A stretch of 64,000 bases of DNA from positions 5,243 through 69,242 of the forward strand of contig CAINUN010000103.1 in the NCBI GenBank assembly GCA_903853805.1. The letters run 5' to 3'. This document shows positions 9,103 to 18,950 of this stretch, one piece after another. This DNA comes from an uncultured Bacteroidota bacterium. GTDB taxonomy: Bacteria > Bacteroidota > Bacteroidia > Chitinophagales > Chitinophagaceae. Numbering within the stretch: the stretch's first letter is position 1; every line of letters begins with the position of its first letter. The position numbers and the translations under genes were made by a program. The notes beneath the pieces were generated by a model. It worked only from the letters and a program-made list of their open reading frames with translations, did not search any database and was not told where the DNA came from.

Positions 9103-10002
9103 TTAGAAGAACAAACCAAAGCGGAAGGAAAGATTATTGAGGCGCACATTACCATCTGAAAATCTACCTTTAAATCCAAGATTTAATTCTTCTGGTTTTG
9201 TGGCATCTGGCAAAAAACCATTGTTGAAAAACACACCGAAATAGAAATCCATCTTTGGCGAAATTTTCTTTTCAACACCAAGCCCTACATTCATTTGAAG
9301 ATTCATAGGAGCTACAGTAAAGGATCCATATAGTTTTTCTTTATCTCCCTGCACTGTGTTCAATGAATTGATATCGGCATCCCAATATTTTATACTGTAA
9401 GTAGCTTTCTTGCCTATATTGAAACCAGCAACCAATCCAATTTGCCCAAAGATGTGAATGCCACTGGCAATTTCATCGCTTTTCAGTTTCAAGCAAAATG
9501 GTATTTCGAGATATTGCACACGATATGTTATGTTAGCATCTTCTACAAAGCTTTTAGCAATATCGCCGATTGTTCTTCGAGAAACATTAATATTTCCACC
9601 AGTATTATTCAATTGAAATCCAGTAGAGAATCCATAATTCTCCGTAATGAAATAATCGGACATCAATCCCCAACTGAAGCCAACAATGCTTTGATTGCTG
9701 TTCACTAAATAATCGCCATCACTACTTTTAGAACTTGTTGGGTGCATCCATGAAATATTAGGTGCTAAATAAGCGCCAATTCGAACCTTGTTAATATCCA
9801 CTTTCGACTCAGAAGTACCCTCTTCAACATATTCATCAGTCGCTTCTGAATGATAGTAACTGCTTGGTTTACTTTCTTTAGGTGTTGGCTTTATAGCGGT
9901 TTGATTTTTAGTAACTTGTTTTGTTTTATGGGAATTTGTTTGTGCTTGTAATAAATTCAAGCAACTGAAAACCACAAAAAGGAGCAATCCTGTTTTTTTC
10001 AT
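9103..10002 (-). CDS. outer-membrane beta-barrel protein (porin/PorT-like family)
   Basis: Signal peptide MKKTGLLLFVVFSCLNLLQAQ, alternating beta-strand pattern, and a terminal aromatic residue (...LSFRFGLFF). Confidence 0.7.
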   Translation of the reverse strand: MKKTGLLLFVVFSCLNLLQAQTNSHKTKQVTKNQTAIKPTPKESKPSSYYHSEATDEYVEEGTSESKVDINKVRIGAYLAPNISWMHPTSSKSSDGDYLVNSNQSIVGFSWGLMSDYFITENYGFSTGFQLNNTGGNINVSRRTIGDIAKSFVEDANITYRVQYLEIPFCLKLKSDEIASGIHIFGQIGLVAGFNIGKKATYSIKYWDADINSLNTVQGDKEKLYGSFTVAPMNLQMNVGLGVEKKISPKMDFYFGVFFNNGFLPDATKPEELNLGFKGRFSDGNVRLNNLSFRFGLFF

Positions 10003-10087
10003 TTTTTTCTAACAGTTTTTAGTAAAACAAAGTAGAGGATGCAAAATGAACCTTTTACTTTTGCTGTCAAAAATATAGTTTTTTAGA

Positions 10088-11149
10088 ATGGTCATACTAT
10101 CTGTGAAAAATATTGGTGTAAAAATTTGTTGCTCTTTGTGTTTGCTTTTTGTTGCAATTCAATTTTGGGGTTGTGGCAATGATAAAAGCAATCCTGATGT
10201 TTCCAACATCCAAGTCAACATGACATCTGTTCGTTTTGATCAATCCTTTGCAAAACTAGATACAGGAAATCTTGTTAAAGGCTTGCAGCATTTGAAAAAC
10301 GAGTACCCTTTCTTTCTCAATTTTTATTTAGATACACTCATGGGGTTTGGTATTCAAGGTAATTTCAATGATTCCAATCTTGCTATTGCCAAAGGCTTAA
10401 AACCTTTTTTATCCCACCCTGATATACACGGATTGTTGGATACAGTTGCAGCTCATTTTCCTAATGTTAAACAAAGCGATGAAGACTTGAAAAAAGGCTT
10501 TCAATACATGAAGTATTACTACCCCAATTTCAAGATCCCTAAGGTTGTTTATTTTATTTCAGGGCTGAACAAATGGTATGCATTCACCGTAGATTCTTCG
10601 TTGGTAGGTGTGGGTTTAGATATGTTTCTTGGAGAAAAGTACCCTTACTATCAAGCTATTCAAATTCCTAATTATGCACTTGCAAAATGCTGTCCAGAAT
10701 ATATTCCTGTCAATGTTTTTCAAACCATTTTTCGCAACCAACATCCTTTCAATGATGATGATAAAAACTTATTGGACATGATGATTCAACGTGGCAAAGA
10801 GCAATATTTTTTGAGTAAAATTATTCCATTTGTAGCTGATGCCGTAAGAATTGGCTACTCAGAAAAACAATTGAAATGGTGCCAAGAAAACGAAGCGATG
10901 ATATACAATTTCTTGGTAAAAGAAAACCTCTTGTATGAAACGGGCAAAGCAAAGATTGTTCGTTTTGTGAATGATGGACCTAATTCTGTTGGTATGACGG
11001 AAGAAAGCCCTGGAAACATTGGCACTTGGGTTGGTTGGCAAATTGTGGCGCATTATGTGAACAAGCACCCAAACATTTCATTAGAAGATTTATTGAAACC
11101 TACCGACCCACAACAGTTTCTTTTTCAATCTGGATATAAACCAAGATAG
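10088..11149 (+). CDS. gldB: gliding-motility lipoprotein GldB-like
   Basis: Lipoprotein signal with lipobox (AIQFWGC). The size (~350 aa) and the position next to nadE fit what I recall for Flavobacterium gldB loci. The internal sequence (GVGLDMFLGEKYPYY...PEYIPVNVF) fits my memory of the family. Not verified by search. Confidence 0.55.
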   Translation: MVILSVKNIGVKICCSLCLLFVAIQFWGCGNDKSNPDVSNIQVNMTSVRFDQSFAKLDTGNLVKGLQHLKNEYPFFLNFYLDTLMGFGIQGNFNDSNLAIAKGLKPFLSHPDIHGLLDTVAAHFPNVKQSDEDLKKGFQYMKYYYPNFKIPKVVYFISGLNKWYAFTVDSSLVGVGLDMFLGEKYPYYQAIQIPNYALAKCCPEYIPVNVFQTIFRNQHPFNDDDKNLLDMMIQRGKEQYFLSKIIPFVADAVRIGYSEKQLKWCQENEAMIYNFLVKENLLYETGKAKIVRFVNDGPNSVGMTEESPGNIGTWVGWQIVAHYVNKHPNISLEDLLKPTDPQQFLFQSGYKPR

Positions 11150-11192
11150 AATATTTTCTCAAATAAAAATGTAGTTTGCAGCCTGCTAAAAA

Positions 11193-11960
11193 ATGTCCGC
11201 TTCCTACCAAATAAAACTCCCACAGTTTGAGGGTCCATTCGACCTTCTCCTGTTTTTTATTGAGCGTGATGAACTCGACATTTACAATATTCCCATTCAC
11301 CAACTCACCAAAGAATTTCTTGACTACATACATCAAATGGAGTCTTTAAATATTGAGATGGCAAGTGAGTTTATTTTGTTTATTTCTACGTTGATGCGCA
11401 TTAAGTCAAAGATGCTTTTGCCAAGAAAAGAATTAGATGCACAAGGCAATGAAATTGACCCTCGACAAGAACTTGTTGATAAGATTTTAGAGTATAAGCG
11501 TTTCAAAGAAGCATCGGAACAAATGGTGATGATGGAAGCTGAAAGATTGTTACAACAAAAGCGTGGCAATATTCGCAAAGAACTAGACGCATTAAGTGAA
11601 GAATACAGTGAAGGTACAGAAATTCAAACCGTTACTTTATTCAAACTCATGCAGTCTTTTGAGAAAGTAATGAAACGCTACAACGAGCGCATGAACAAGC
11701 CACAGCACGTGGTGATGAAGTATAATTATACTCAGGAAGGTCAGCGTACTTTTTTACTTGATTTTATAAAAGCGGAAGCAAAAGTTGCTTTTGAGTCGGT
11801 TTTTGTACAATGCACTTCTCGTATTCATGCTATCTTCACTTTTCTAGCTATGCTCGAACTCATTCAGCTACAATATTTTTCTTTAATTGTTGGCGACGGA
11901 AGAAATAATTTCATTTTGGAATGGAATGAGCACCGTATTGAAGAGATTGACTCCAATTGA
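11193..11960 (+). CDS. scpA: segregation and condensation protein A
   Basis: The N-terminus FEGPFDLLLFFIERDELDIYNIPIHQLTKEFLDYI is the ScpA/kleisin signature. Length ~255 aa. Confidence 0.85.
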   Translation: MSASYQIKLPQFEGPFDLLLFFIERDELDIYNIPIHQLTKEFLDYIHQMESLNIEMASEFILFISTLMRIKSKMLLPRKELDAQGNEIDPRQELVDKILEYKRFKEASEQMVMMEAERLLQQKRGNIRKELDALSEEYSEGTEIQTVTLFKLMQSFEKVMKRYNERMNKPQHVVMKYNYTQEGQRTFLLDFIKAEAKVAFESVFVQCTSRIHAIFTFLAMLELIQLQYFSLIVGDGRNNFILEWNEHRIEEIDSN

Positions 11961-12178
11961 CAATACTTCTAATTAATTATTAGAAGAAATGACACCTATT
12001 TTATACATCGGATGCTTAATTCTTAAGGTGTTTTCTCACTTCTTTTAATGTCTTTTTTAGTGCATGTGATTCATTTCAATGTCCTAAAAAGTGTATTCAA
12101 TAAAAAAGATATTCACATTTCATTTGGTTTTTAAAAAAAGATTTCTACCTTTTCCGAAACTTAAAAATTTAAAAGCTT

Positions 12179-15100
12179 ATGAAAAGAAGTCTATTGTTAT
12201 TCCAATTTTTCTTGCTTGCTTTCTTCTCTAGCCAAGCACAATCGGTTGATATTGCAACCAACCCCGGTACCAGTGGAAATGCCTTAATAGGCGGTTCCAC
12301 TTATCATTCTGATGAATGCTTGTATGGTGATGCTGAAATAGGTACCACAAACTTCACATCAGCATTAACAGCAATTACTCACATCAGTTATTCAGTTGCA
12401 ACTGTTGGAACAAATCCCATTGTTGGAAGTTTTAGTGTTTACATGAAGGATGTGTCATCAACAACAACTTCATTAGTTTCTGGAACATATGATGCACTTA
12501 GTACTTACACATTGGTTTACTCTGGATCATTTAATATGTCGGCTACTGGTTGGCGAGAAATTACATTGACTACTCCATATGTAAGAACATCTGGCACTAA
12601 TCTTAAAGTTTTAGTTGTAAGAAACGACGGAATTTTACACACAGGCAATGTCATTAATTGTTCTCTTGGCATGGGTGCTAGCAGCACTTTAAACACAACA
12701 AAAAGATATAATAGTACTACTATTGTTTCTGGTACTACTGTTTTATCACCATCAACATTTAGAAACGCACTTCGTTTGGCTCATAAATTTGCTAACGACG
12801 TAAAAGTTGCTAATGTATATACGATGGGGAAACTTCCAATCCCTCATAATGCATTGCAAACTATTAAGGCAAACATTACCAATGTAGGCGTAAACACCAT
12901 GACTAACTTCAACGTTACTTTAGATGTTAGTGGTGCTAATACATTTTCTGATGTTCAAACTGTGGCTTCATTAGCACCTGGTGCTTCAACGGTTGTTACT
13001 TTTTCTAGCACTACATTTACTAGTACAGGAACCAATGTTGTTTCAGTAACACTTCCGTCTGACGATGACATTACCAACAATGTTATTTCACAGAATCAAG
13101 AAATAACAACCAATACTTGGTCATATGCTGTTGGTGGTACACCTACAGGTGGCGTTGGCTTTAATGGTGCAACAGGTGATTTCATTGCAAAATTTACGAC
13201 AACTTTAAACACATTGATATCTCAGGTTGCTGTCAACTTTTCTGCAGGTGGTCAGCCTTTTAAAATTGGCATTTGGGATGCAACTGGAGCGAACGGCACT
13301 CCTGGTACTTTGTTATGGACTTCTACTACACAAACAAGTACTGCTGGTTTATACATATTACCAATAAGCCCTTCAGTTACTGTTCCATTGGGTAATTTTT
13401 ATGTAGGTGTAAGACAAACAGGTACAGTCAATGTTTCTTTTGCTTATCAATCTGAAAGTCCTATCAGAGGTCAAACATTCTATTACACTTCTCCTTCAGG
13501 AGGTACAACATGGAATGATTTTGCACCAAATAACCCTTTTCGTTTCATGATTGAACCAACTTTGGAACAAACATGTACAGGAACACCAAATACTGCTACT
13601 GCAAGTGGTCCTACTTCTGCATGTAATGGTATATCTTTTAATCTTACTTCATCTGGATTTTCTATTGGTACAGGTGTTTCTTATCAGTGGGAATCTTCTC
13701 CGGCTGGTCAAAATAGCTGGACACCAATAATTGGTGCAAACAATACTTTATATTCTGTTACTACATTAAATGGTTCTACAGACTACCATTTAATTACTAC
13801 CTGTAATGCAAGTGGTGCTACGAGTATTTCCAACACCGTTACTGTGAACTTAAACAATTTCTATGATTGTTATTGCGCATCATCAGCTACTACCGCAGGT
13901 GATGAAGAAATTTATAGCGTCACTCTAAACGGTGTCAACAGTAATTCTTTTGCAAGTCAAGGAACTGGTGCTTGTTTCTTAACAGCTCCTGGCGCTGGTT
14001 CAATTCTCAGTCGTTATTCTAATTTTAAATCTTTAGGTTCTTTTGCTAGCTTAATGCAGGGTGCAACTGTTCCATTTAATGTAGAAGAAAACGAGTGCGA
14101 TGGTGCACCTTATTATGCATTTGGATCTTCTATTTGGATTGATTTTAATCAGAATGGTTCTTTTGCAGACCCTGGTGAACAAGTATTTGTTGAAAATGCA
14201 TCAGCAACTGGACCTAGAAACGTAAGTGGTTCCATTGCAGTTCCTGTAAACACACCAACTGGTATGACAGGAATGCGTGTAACTATAGCAGAAGGATTAT
14301 CTGGCGCAAGTTTGACTCCATGCTTATCATATGGTTATGGTGAAACAGAGGACTACTTGGTTACAATTATTCCAGCAGTTTTTTGTTCAGGAACGCCGAA
14401 TACAACAACAATCACAGGCCCTTCAAATACTTGTGTTGGTAATTCGCTTTCATTTTTAGCAACAGGTTATTCTACTGATTTGGGTATTTCTTACTCATGG
14501 GAATCATCTCCAGCAGGACAATTTAACTGGACACCAATTAGTGGTGCAACAGGTGTTGGACTTACAATTGCGGGTGGTATCACAAGTGCGACCGACTTTC
14601 GTTTTGTGACTACTTGTTCTTACAGTACTACCTCAAGCTACTCCAATGAAATAAGTGTAACTATGAACAGTTTTATTAACTGTTATTGTGCTGCTTCAAG
14701 TGGTGGCGGTTCTGGTTCGTTTATTAACCAAGTAGATTTTGGAACTATTTCCAATAATACGGTTGCTACCAATCCATCGGCATCTCCTTATTATACTTTG
14801 TTCTCTAATCTTTCAACTACAGTATCACAAGGTTCAACTATTCCATTAAGCGTTACAATTGATGCTGCTGGAACATATGCTGGTGCTATAGTTTCTGTAT
14901 GGATTGATTACAATCATGATGGTGTATTTTCTGCTACAGAATGGCAACAAGTAGGTACTAATATTTTGGGTAGCACAACGGCTACTATTGGTGTTACTAT
15001 CCCACTTACTGCTGATACTGGAATTACTGCTATGCGCATTCGTTCACGTGGTACAGGCAATGTAAATGGTTCTGGTGATGCATGTACTGCTATGGGTTCT

Positions 15101-18100
15101 GGTGAAACTGAAGATTATTACATCAACATCCTTCAAGCTATTTTATGTTCGGGCACTCCAAATGCTGCAGTTGCTTCTGGTCCTTCAAATGCTTGTACTG
15201 GCACTAACTTTATCTTGAGTGCTACTGGTGTTTCTACTGAGTATGGAATTTCATACCAATGGGAATCTTCCCCTGCTGGTCAAAATAACTGGACAGCTAT
15301 TACTGGCGCCACTTCACTTTCTTATACTGTTACTGGCGGTATTACGGCTTCAACTGACTATCGTTTTGTTTCTGTATGTAGTTTAAGTAGTGCTCAAAGT
15401 GCCTCTAATACTATTGCTGTTACTTTAAACAGTTTCTATCAGTGCTATTGTTCAACTACAAATGGTGGTGGTGCAGGCTCTATGATGGACAATGTTGTAT
15501 TTGGAACAATTTCCAATAACACTTCAACATCTCAGCCTTATGTATCTCCTTATCATTCTTCCTTCCCTAACTTGACTACCTTAGTTTCTCAAGGTGCTAC
15601 TTATCCTTTAAGTGTTACCATTGATCAACCTGGAACTTATGCAGGTGCTATTGTTTCTGTTTGGATAGACTACAATCAAGATGGAACATTCTCTGCTGCT
15701 GAATGGCAACAAGTAGGTACTAATATTCCAAGTGGAACAACTGGCACAGTTAGTATCACTATTCCTCTTACAGCTTTAACAGGCACAACAGGAATGCGTA
15801 TTCGTTCTCGTGGTACTGGAAATGCAAATGGTTCTGGCGATGCATGTACAACTATGGGCTCTGGTGAAACAGAAGATTATATTATCAACATTGGCGCTTG
15901 CCCTACAGCATCTGTTTCTATTGCTACTGCTAGTACAAGTGTTTGTTCTGGTTTTGCAACCACCTTCACTGCTTCTCCTGTTAATGGAGGACCAACAGCA
16001 ACTTATGTATGGTCTGTAAATGGCAATGCAATCACAGGTGTTACTGGTGATAATTATTCTAGTTCTTCATTGAATACTGGTGATATAGTTTCGGTTAGTA
16101 TGACTAACTTCTGTGGTAATACTGCTAATTCTAACAGTTTAACAATGTCTGTAACCAATACGGTTACCCCTACAGCTTCCATCAACGCATCTGCAACAAG
16201 CATTTGTGCAGGTACTTCTGTATCGTTTACATCAAATACTTCAGATGGTGGTTCAAATCCTACTTATCAATGGTATGTAAATGGTAATGCTATTGCTGGT
16301 GAAACGAATAACAATTACACTACTTCTTCATTAGCCGATGGTGATATGGTTACTATGGTCTTGACAACAAGTGCTACTTGTTATACTAGCCTTTCAGCTA
16401 CAAGCAATTTTGTAACGATGAGTGTAACTCCATTAGCAAATCCTTCGGTAACAGCTACTGAATCTGCTAACGGTGTATGTGCTGGTGCTTCTGTTTCTTT
16501 CTATGCAAATGGAAATGATGGCGGTTCAAATCCTTCTTATCAATGGATGCTTAATGGCAATGCTATAACAGGTGAAACCAATTCTACCTATTCTTCTTCA
16601 TCATTAGTAAATGGTGATGTAGTATCTGTTTCAATGGCTACTAGTGCTACTTGTTATTCAAACGCTTCTGCAAATAGCAATGGCATTACAATGGTTATTA
16701 ACCCAATCCTTAACCCAACTGTAAGTATTGCTGCTTCTGCAACTTCAGTATGTATTGGTACTACGGTAAACTTTACTTCAAGCGTTGTTGATGGTGGAAG
16801 TAATGTTACTTATCAGTGGATGTTAAATGGTAGCCCTATTAATGGTGCAACCAATGATACTTATACTGCAACTGCAATTAATGGTTATGATTATAGCCTT
16901 GAAATTGGCGTTACTAGTCCTTGTGCTTCTACTGCTACAGCTACTTCTAACTCAATAACTATTAACGCAACAACAGCTACAGGAACAATTACTCCTTCTG
17001 GTCCATTGGCACTTTGTGCTGGTGGTAACGTTACCTTAACTGCTGGTGCTGGTTCTAATTATCTTTGGAGTAATGGTGCTACAACACAATCAATTACAGT
17101 AAACGCTGCGGGCACCTACCATGTTACCTACAACACTGGATCTGGTTGTGCTGCTACTGCAGAACCAATCAATGTGCTGTCTAAAACATTGCCAACTATC
17201 ATAAAAATTAAAGCTTCTGGCGCTACAACAGTTTGTGACCCTGCAACTATTGGTTTCTCTGTTGACCCAAGTGCTGCTAATTTATATGGTTTCAACTTTC
17301 AGTGGAACTTAAACGGAACACCAATTTCTGGTGCAACTGATACCACTTATTTGGCATCTGGCGCAAGCAGTGGAAACATTACACTATCAGTTTCTGGTTC
17401 TACTTGTTCTAAAAATTCTGCTGCTAAAACTTATACTATCAAACCATTACCTGTTGCAACTTATACTGCAGGTGGTGCTACAACCTTCTGTACAGGCGGT
17501 AGTGTTACACTTACTGCACCTACAATTACAGGATATACTTATACTTGGTTGAAAGATGGTCTTAGTGCTGGAGCTGGAAATTCTAAAGTGTTTAAGTTAG
17601 CAGGTGTTTATACTGTTATCGCTAAACTTAGCGGATGTGCTGATACTGCTAATACGTCAACAACAATTGTCGTTAATCCGTTGCCTGTTGCAAGTGTTAC
17701 AAGTCTAACACCTACAACATTCTGTACTGGCGACAGTTGCGTAATGGCTGCTGCTCCTTCAGGTGCTACGAACTATGCTTGGATTAATGGACTTGTTACT
17801 GTCAATACTTCTACTGAGAATTATGTTTCTTTCATCACTGGAACTTACAAAGTAGTAGTTACGGATGCCAATGGTTGTGTAAGCAAAACCTCTACTTCAA
17901 GTGTGAAGACAAAGGTTAACTTAATTCCTACTGCACTAATTACTGCACTCAGTTCAACTACAATTTCGGCTACAGGAAGTGTGAAACTTAATGCTTCTCC
18001 TTCAAGCGGCGTTACATGGCAGTGGTCTAAAGATGGCAATGCAATTGCTGGTGCTACTACCAAACAATACATTGCAACATCTGGCGGAAGCTATACTGTT

Positions 18101-18382
18101 GCTATTACTAAGTTGGGTTGTACAGGAACATCAGCTGCAACCGTAGTTACCCAAACAGGTGTGAAAGAAGAAACAGGAACAACCAACAGTTCAGCAATGA
18201 GCTTCGAACTTTCTGCTTATCCTAACCCTGTTACCGATGTATTGACTATCAATGTTCAAGGAATTGAAAACATTGACGGAACTATTCAGGTAATGGACTA
18301 CAACGGACGTCTTATGACCAACAAAGAAATGAAACATGCAAGCACAACAGTAGATATGACTGGCTTTGCAAGCGGCGATTAA
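12179..18382 (+). CDS. giant surface adhesin-like protein (three GEVED-containing modules plus many Ig/PKD-like repeats) with a truncated T9SS C-terminal domain
   Basis: Signal peptide MKRSLLLFQFFLLAFFSSQAQ. Three ~250-aa tandem modules each end in GETEDY (GEVED-type). Then come ~85-aa 'YQW..NGN.I.GET' repeats and further Ig-like repeats. The CTD starts at SAYPNPVTDVLTINV but ends prematurely at ...GFASGD followed by TAA TAA. Confidence 0.8.
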   Translation: MKRSLLLFQFFLLAFFSSQAQSVDIATNPGTSGNALIGGSTYHSDECLYGDAEIGTTNFTSALTAITHISYSVATVGTNPIVGSFSVYMKDVSSTTTSLVSGTYDALSTYTLVYSGSFNMSATGWREITLTTPYVRTSGTNLKVLVVRNDGILHTGNVINCSLGMGASSTLNTTKRYNSTTIVSGTTVLSPSTFRNALRLAHKFANDVKVANVYTMGKLPIPHNALQTIKANITNVGVNTMTNFNVTLDVSGANTFSDVQTVASLAPGASTVVTFSSTTFTSTGTNVVSVTLPSDDDITNNVISQNQEITTNTWSYAVGGTPTGGVGFNGATGDFIAKFTTTLNTLISQVAVNFSAGGQPFKIGIWDATGANGTPGTLLWTSTTQTSTAGLYILPISPSVTVPLGNFYVGVRQTGTVNVSFAYQSESPIRGQTFYYTSPSGGTTWNDFAPNNPFRFMIEPTLEQTCTGTPNTATASGPTSACNGISFNLTSSGFSIGTGVSYQWESSPAGQNSWTPIIGANNTLYSVTTLNGSTDYHLITTCNASGATSISNTVTVNLNNFYDCYCASSATTAGDEEIYSVTLNGVNSNSFASQGTGACFLTAPGAGSILSRYSNFKSLGSFASLMQGATVPFNVEENECDGAPYYAFGSSIWIDFNQNGSFADPGEQVFVENASATGPRNVSGSIAVPVNTPTGMTGMRVTIAEGLSGASLTPCLSYGYGETEDYLVTIIPAVFCSGTPNTTTITGPSNTCVGNSLSFLATGYSTDLGISYSWESSPAGQFNWTPISGATGVGLTIAGGITSATDFRFVTTCSYSTTSSYSNEISVTMNSFINCYCAASSGGGSGSFINQVDFGTISNNTVATNPSASPYYTLFSNLSTTVSQGSTIPLSVTIDAAGTYAGAIVSVWIDYNHDGVFSATEWQQVGTNILGSTTATIGVTIPLTADTGITAMRIRSRGTGNVNGSGDACTAMGSGETEDYYINILQAILCSGTPNAAVASGPSNACTGTNFILSATGVSTEYGISYQWESSPAGQNNWTAITGATSLSYTVTGGITASTDYRFVSVCSLSSAQSASNTIAVTLNSFYQCYCSTTNGGGAGSMMDNVVFGTISNNTSTSQPYVSPYHSSFPNLTTLVSQGATYPLSVTIDQPGTYAGAIVSVWIDYNQDGTFSAAEWQQVGTNIPSGTTGTVSITIPLTALTGTTGMRIRSRGTGNANGSGDACTTMGSGETEDYIINIGACPTASVSIATASTSVCSGFATTFTASPVNGGPTATYVWSVNGNAITGVTGDNYSSSSLNTGDIVSVSMTNFCGNTANSNSLTMSVTNTVTPTASINASATSICAGTSVSFTSNTSDGGSNPTYQWYVNGNAIAGETNNNYTTSSLADGDMVTMVLTTSATCYTSLSATSNFVTMSVTPLANPSVTATESANGVCAGASVSFYANGNDGGSNPSYQWMLNGNAITGETNSTYSSSSLVNGDVVSVSMATSATCYSNASANSNGITMVINPILNPTVSIAASATSVCIGTTVNFTSSVVDGGSNVTYQWMLNGSPINGATNDTYTATAINGYDYSLEIGVTSPCASTATATSNSITINATTATGTITPSGPLALCAGGNVTLTAGAGSNYLWSNGATTQSITVNAAGTYHVTYNTGSGCAATAEPINVLSKTLPTIIKIKASGATTVCDPATIGFSVDPSAANLYGFNFQWNLNGTPISGATDTTYLASGASSGNITLSVSGSTCSKNSAAKTYTIKPLPVATYTAGGATTFCTGGSVTLTAPTITGYTYTWLKDGLSAGAGNSKVFKLAGVYTVIAKLSGCADTANTSTTIVVNPLPVASVTSLTPTTFCTGDSCVMAAAPSGATNYAWINGLVTVNTSTENYVSFITGTYKVVVTDANGCVSKTSTSSVKTKVNLIPTALITALSSTTISATGSVKLNASPSSGVTWQWSKDGNAIAGATTKQYIATSGGSYTVAITKLGCTGTSAATVVTQTGVKEETGTTNSSAMSFELSAYPNPVTDVLTINVQGIENIDGTIQVMDYNGRLMTNKEMKHASTTVDMTGFASGD

Positions 18383-18385
18383 TAA

Positions 18386-18442
18386 TTTCGTTACAAAGAC
18401 AACGAAGGAAGAACAGGCACTATTAAGATTACGAAACAGTAA
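18386..18442 (+). pseudogene. orphaned last strand of the T9SS CTD, in frame behind the double stop
   Basis: It translates in the same frame as FRYKDNEGRTGTIKITKQ*. The paralog at 19120..21084 ends in IRYKDNEGRTETRKITKQ*. By hand count the two differ at about 10 of 57 nt. Confidence 0.65.
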
Positions 18443-18484
18443 TTGAAAATGAGTGACTGAACAAACTTCAGTTTAAAACATAAA

Positions 18485-18520
18485 ACGAGCCTCGCATAAG
18501 TGAGGCTCGTTTGTTTTTTT
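18485..18520 (+). terminator. intrinsic terminator of the giant adhesin gene
   Basis: Stem acgagcctc (18485-18493) pairs with gaggctcgt (18502-18510), followed by ttgttttttt. It lies after the orphaned tail, which is consistent with the ancestral gene ending at 18442. Confidence 0.7.
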
Positions 18521-18550
18521 GGGAAGCATGTATCATTTGACAATACACAA

Positions 18551-18950
18551 ACTCAGGGGCTACCACCCACAAACAATATGTTTGCACCCAAAAGATTCCG
18601 GTTTAAGCCCAAACTATTCGGGCTACAGCCCAAAATGCTCAGGTTACAGCCCATAATACTTCGGCTAAAGCCCACAACCAAGGGGCTAAAGCCCACAACT
18701 TTTGGGTTGCAGCCCACAAGCGAGGGGCTAATGCCTAAAAACTTCCGGTCATAGCCCACAATGCTCGGGCTAAAGCCCACAGCCAAGGGGCTGAAGCCCA
18801 AATGTCTCCGGTCATAGCCCACAACCTCCGGGCTTCAGCCCACCCACCATCGGGCTTCGCCCAAATGATTTGGGATTGAGCCCAAACCGTTTGGGCGGAA
18901 GCCCACAGCCTTTAGGGTTGTGAAAAAACACCATAGGTAGCAGCCCAAAG
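18551..18950. repeat. tandem array of about 19 units of 21 bp, each with a GGGCTnnAGCCC-like mini-palindrome
   Basis: The 'CCC' of the AGCCC half-site recurs at 18566, 18587, 18608, 18629, 18650, 18671, 18692, 18713, (18734), 18755, 18776, 18797, 18818, 18839, 18860, 18881, 18902, (degenerate), 18944. The spacing is exactly 21 bp throughout, with no indels. Confidence 0.9.

Noticed and set aside
12100-12178. A Bacteroidota-type promoter (-7 TAnnTTTG) upstream of the giant adhesin gene
   Set aside because: There is only a near match (ttcatttg at ~12119-12126). Without TSS data I cannot support a promoter call.
18500-18822. ORFs 18500..18754 (+) and 18553..18822 (-), encoding heptad-like peptides (..GLKPTT.. 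/ ..VGFSP..)
   Set aside because: Both lie inside the 21-bp array, whose 7-codon periodicity and composition suppress stop codons on both strands. Neither ORF spans the array or has a credible start context, and they overlap each other antisense.
18551-18950. Possible CRISPR array (also considered for 46745-46895)
   Set aside because: The units are contiguous with a 21-bp period and no unique spacers between them. There are no cas genes in the window.
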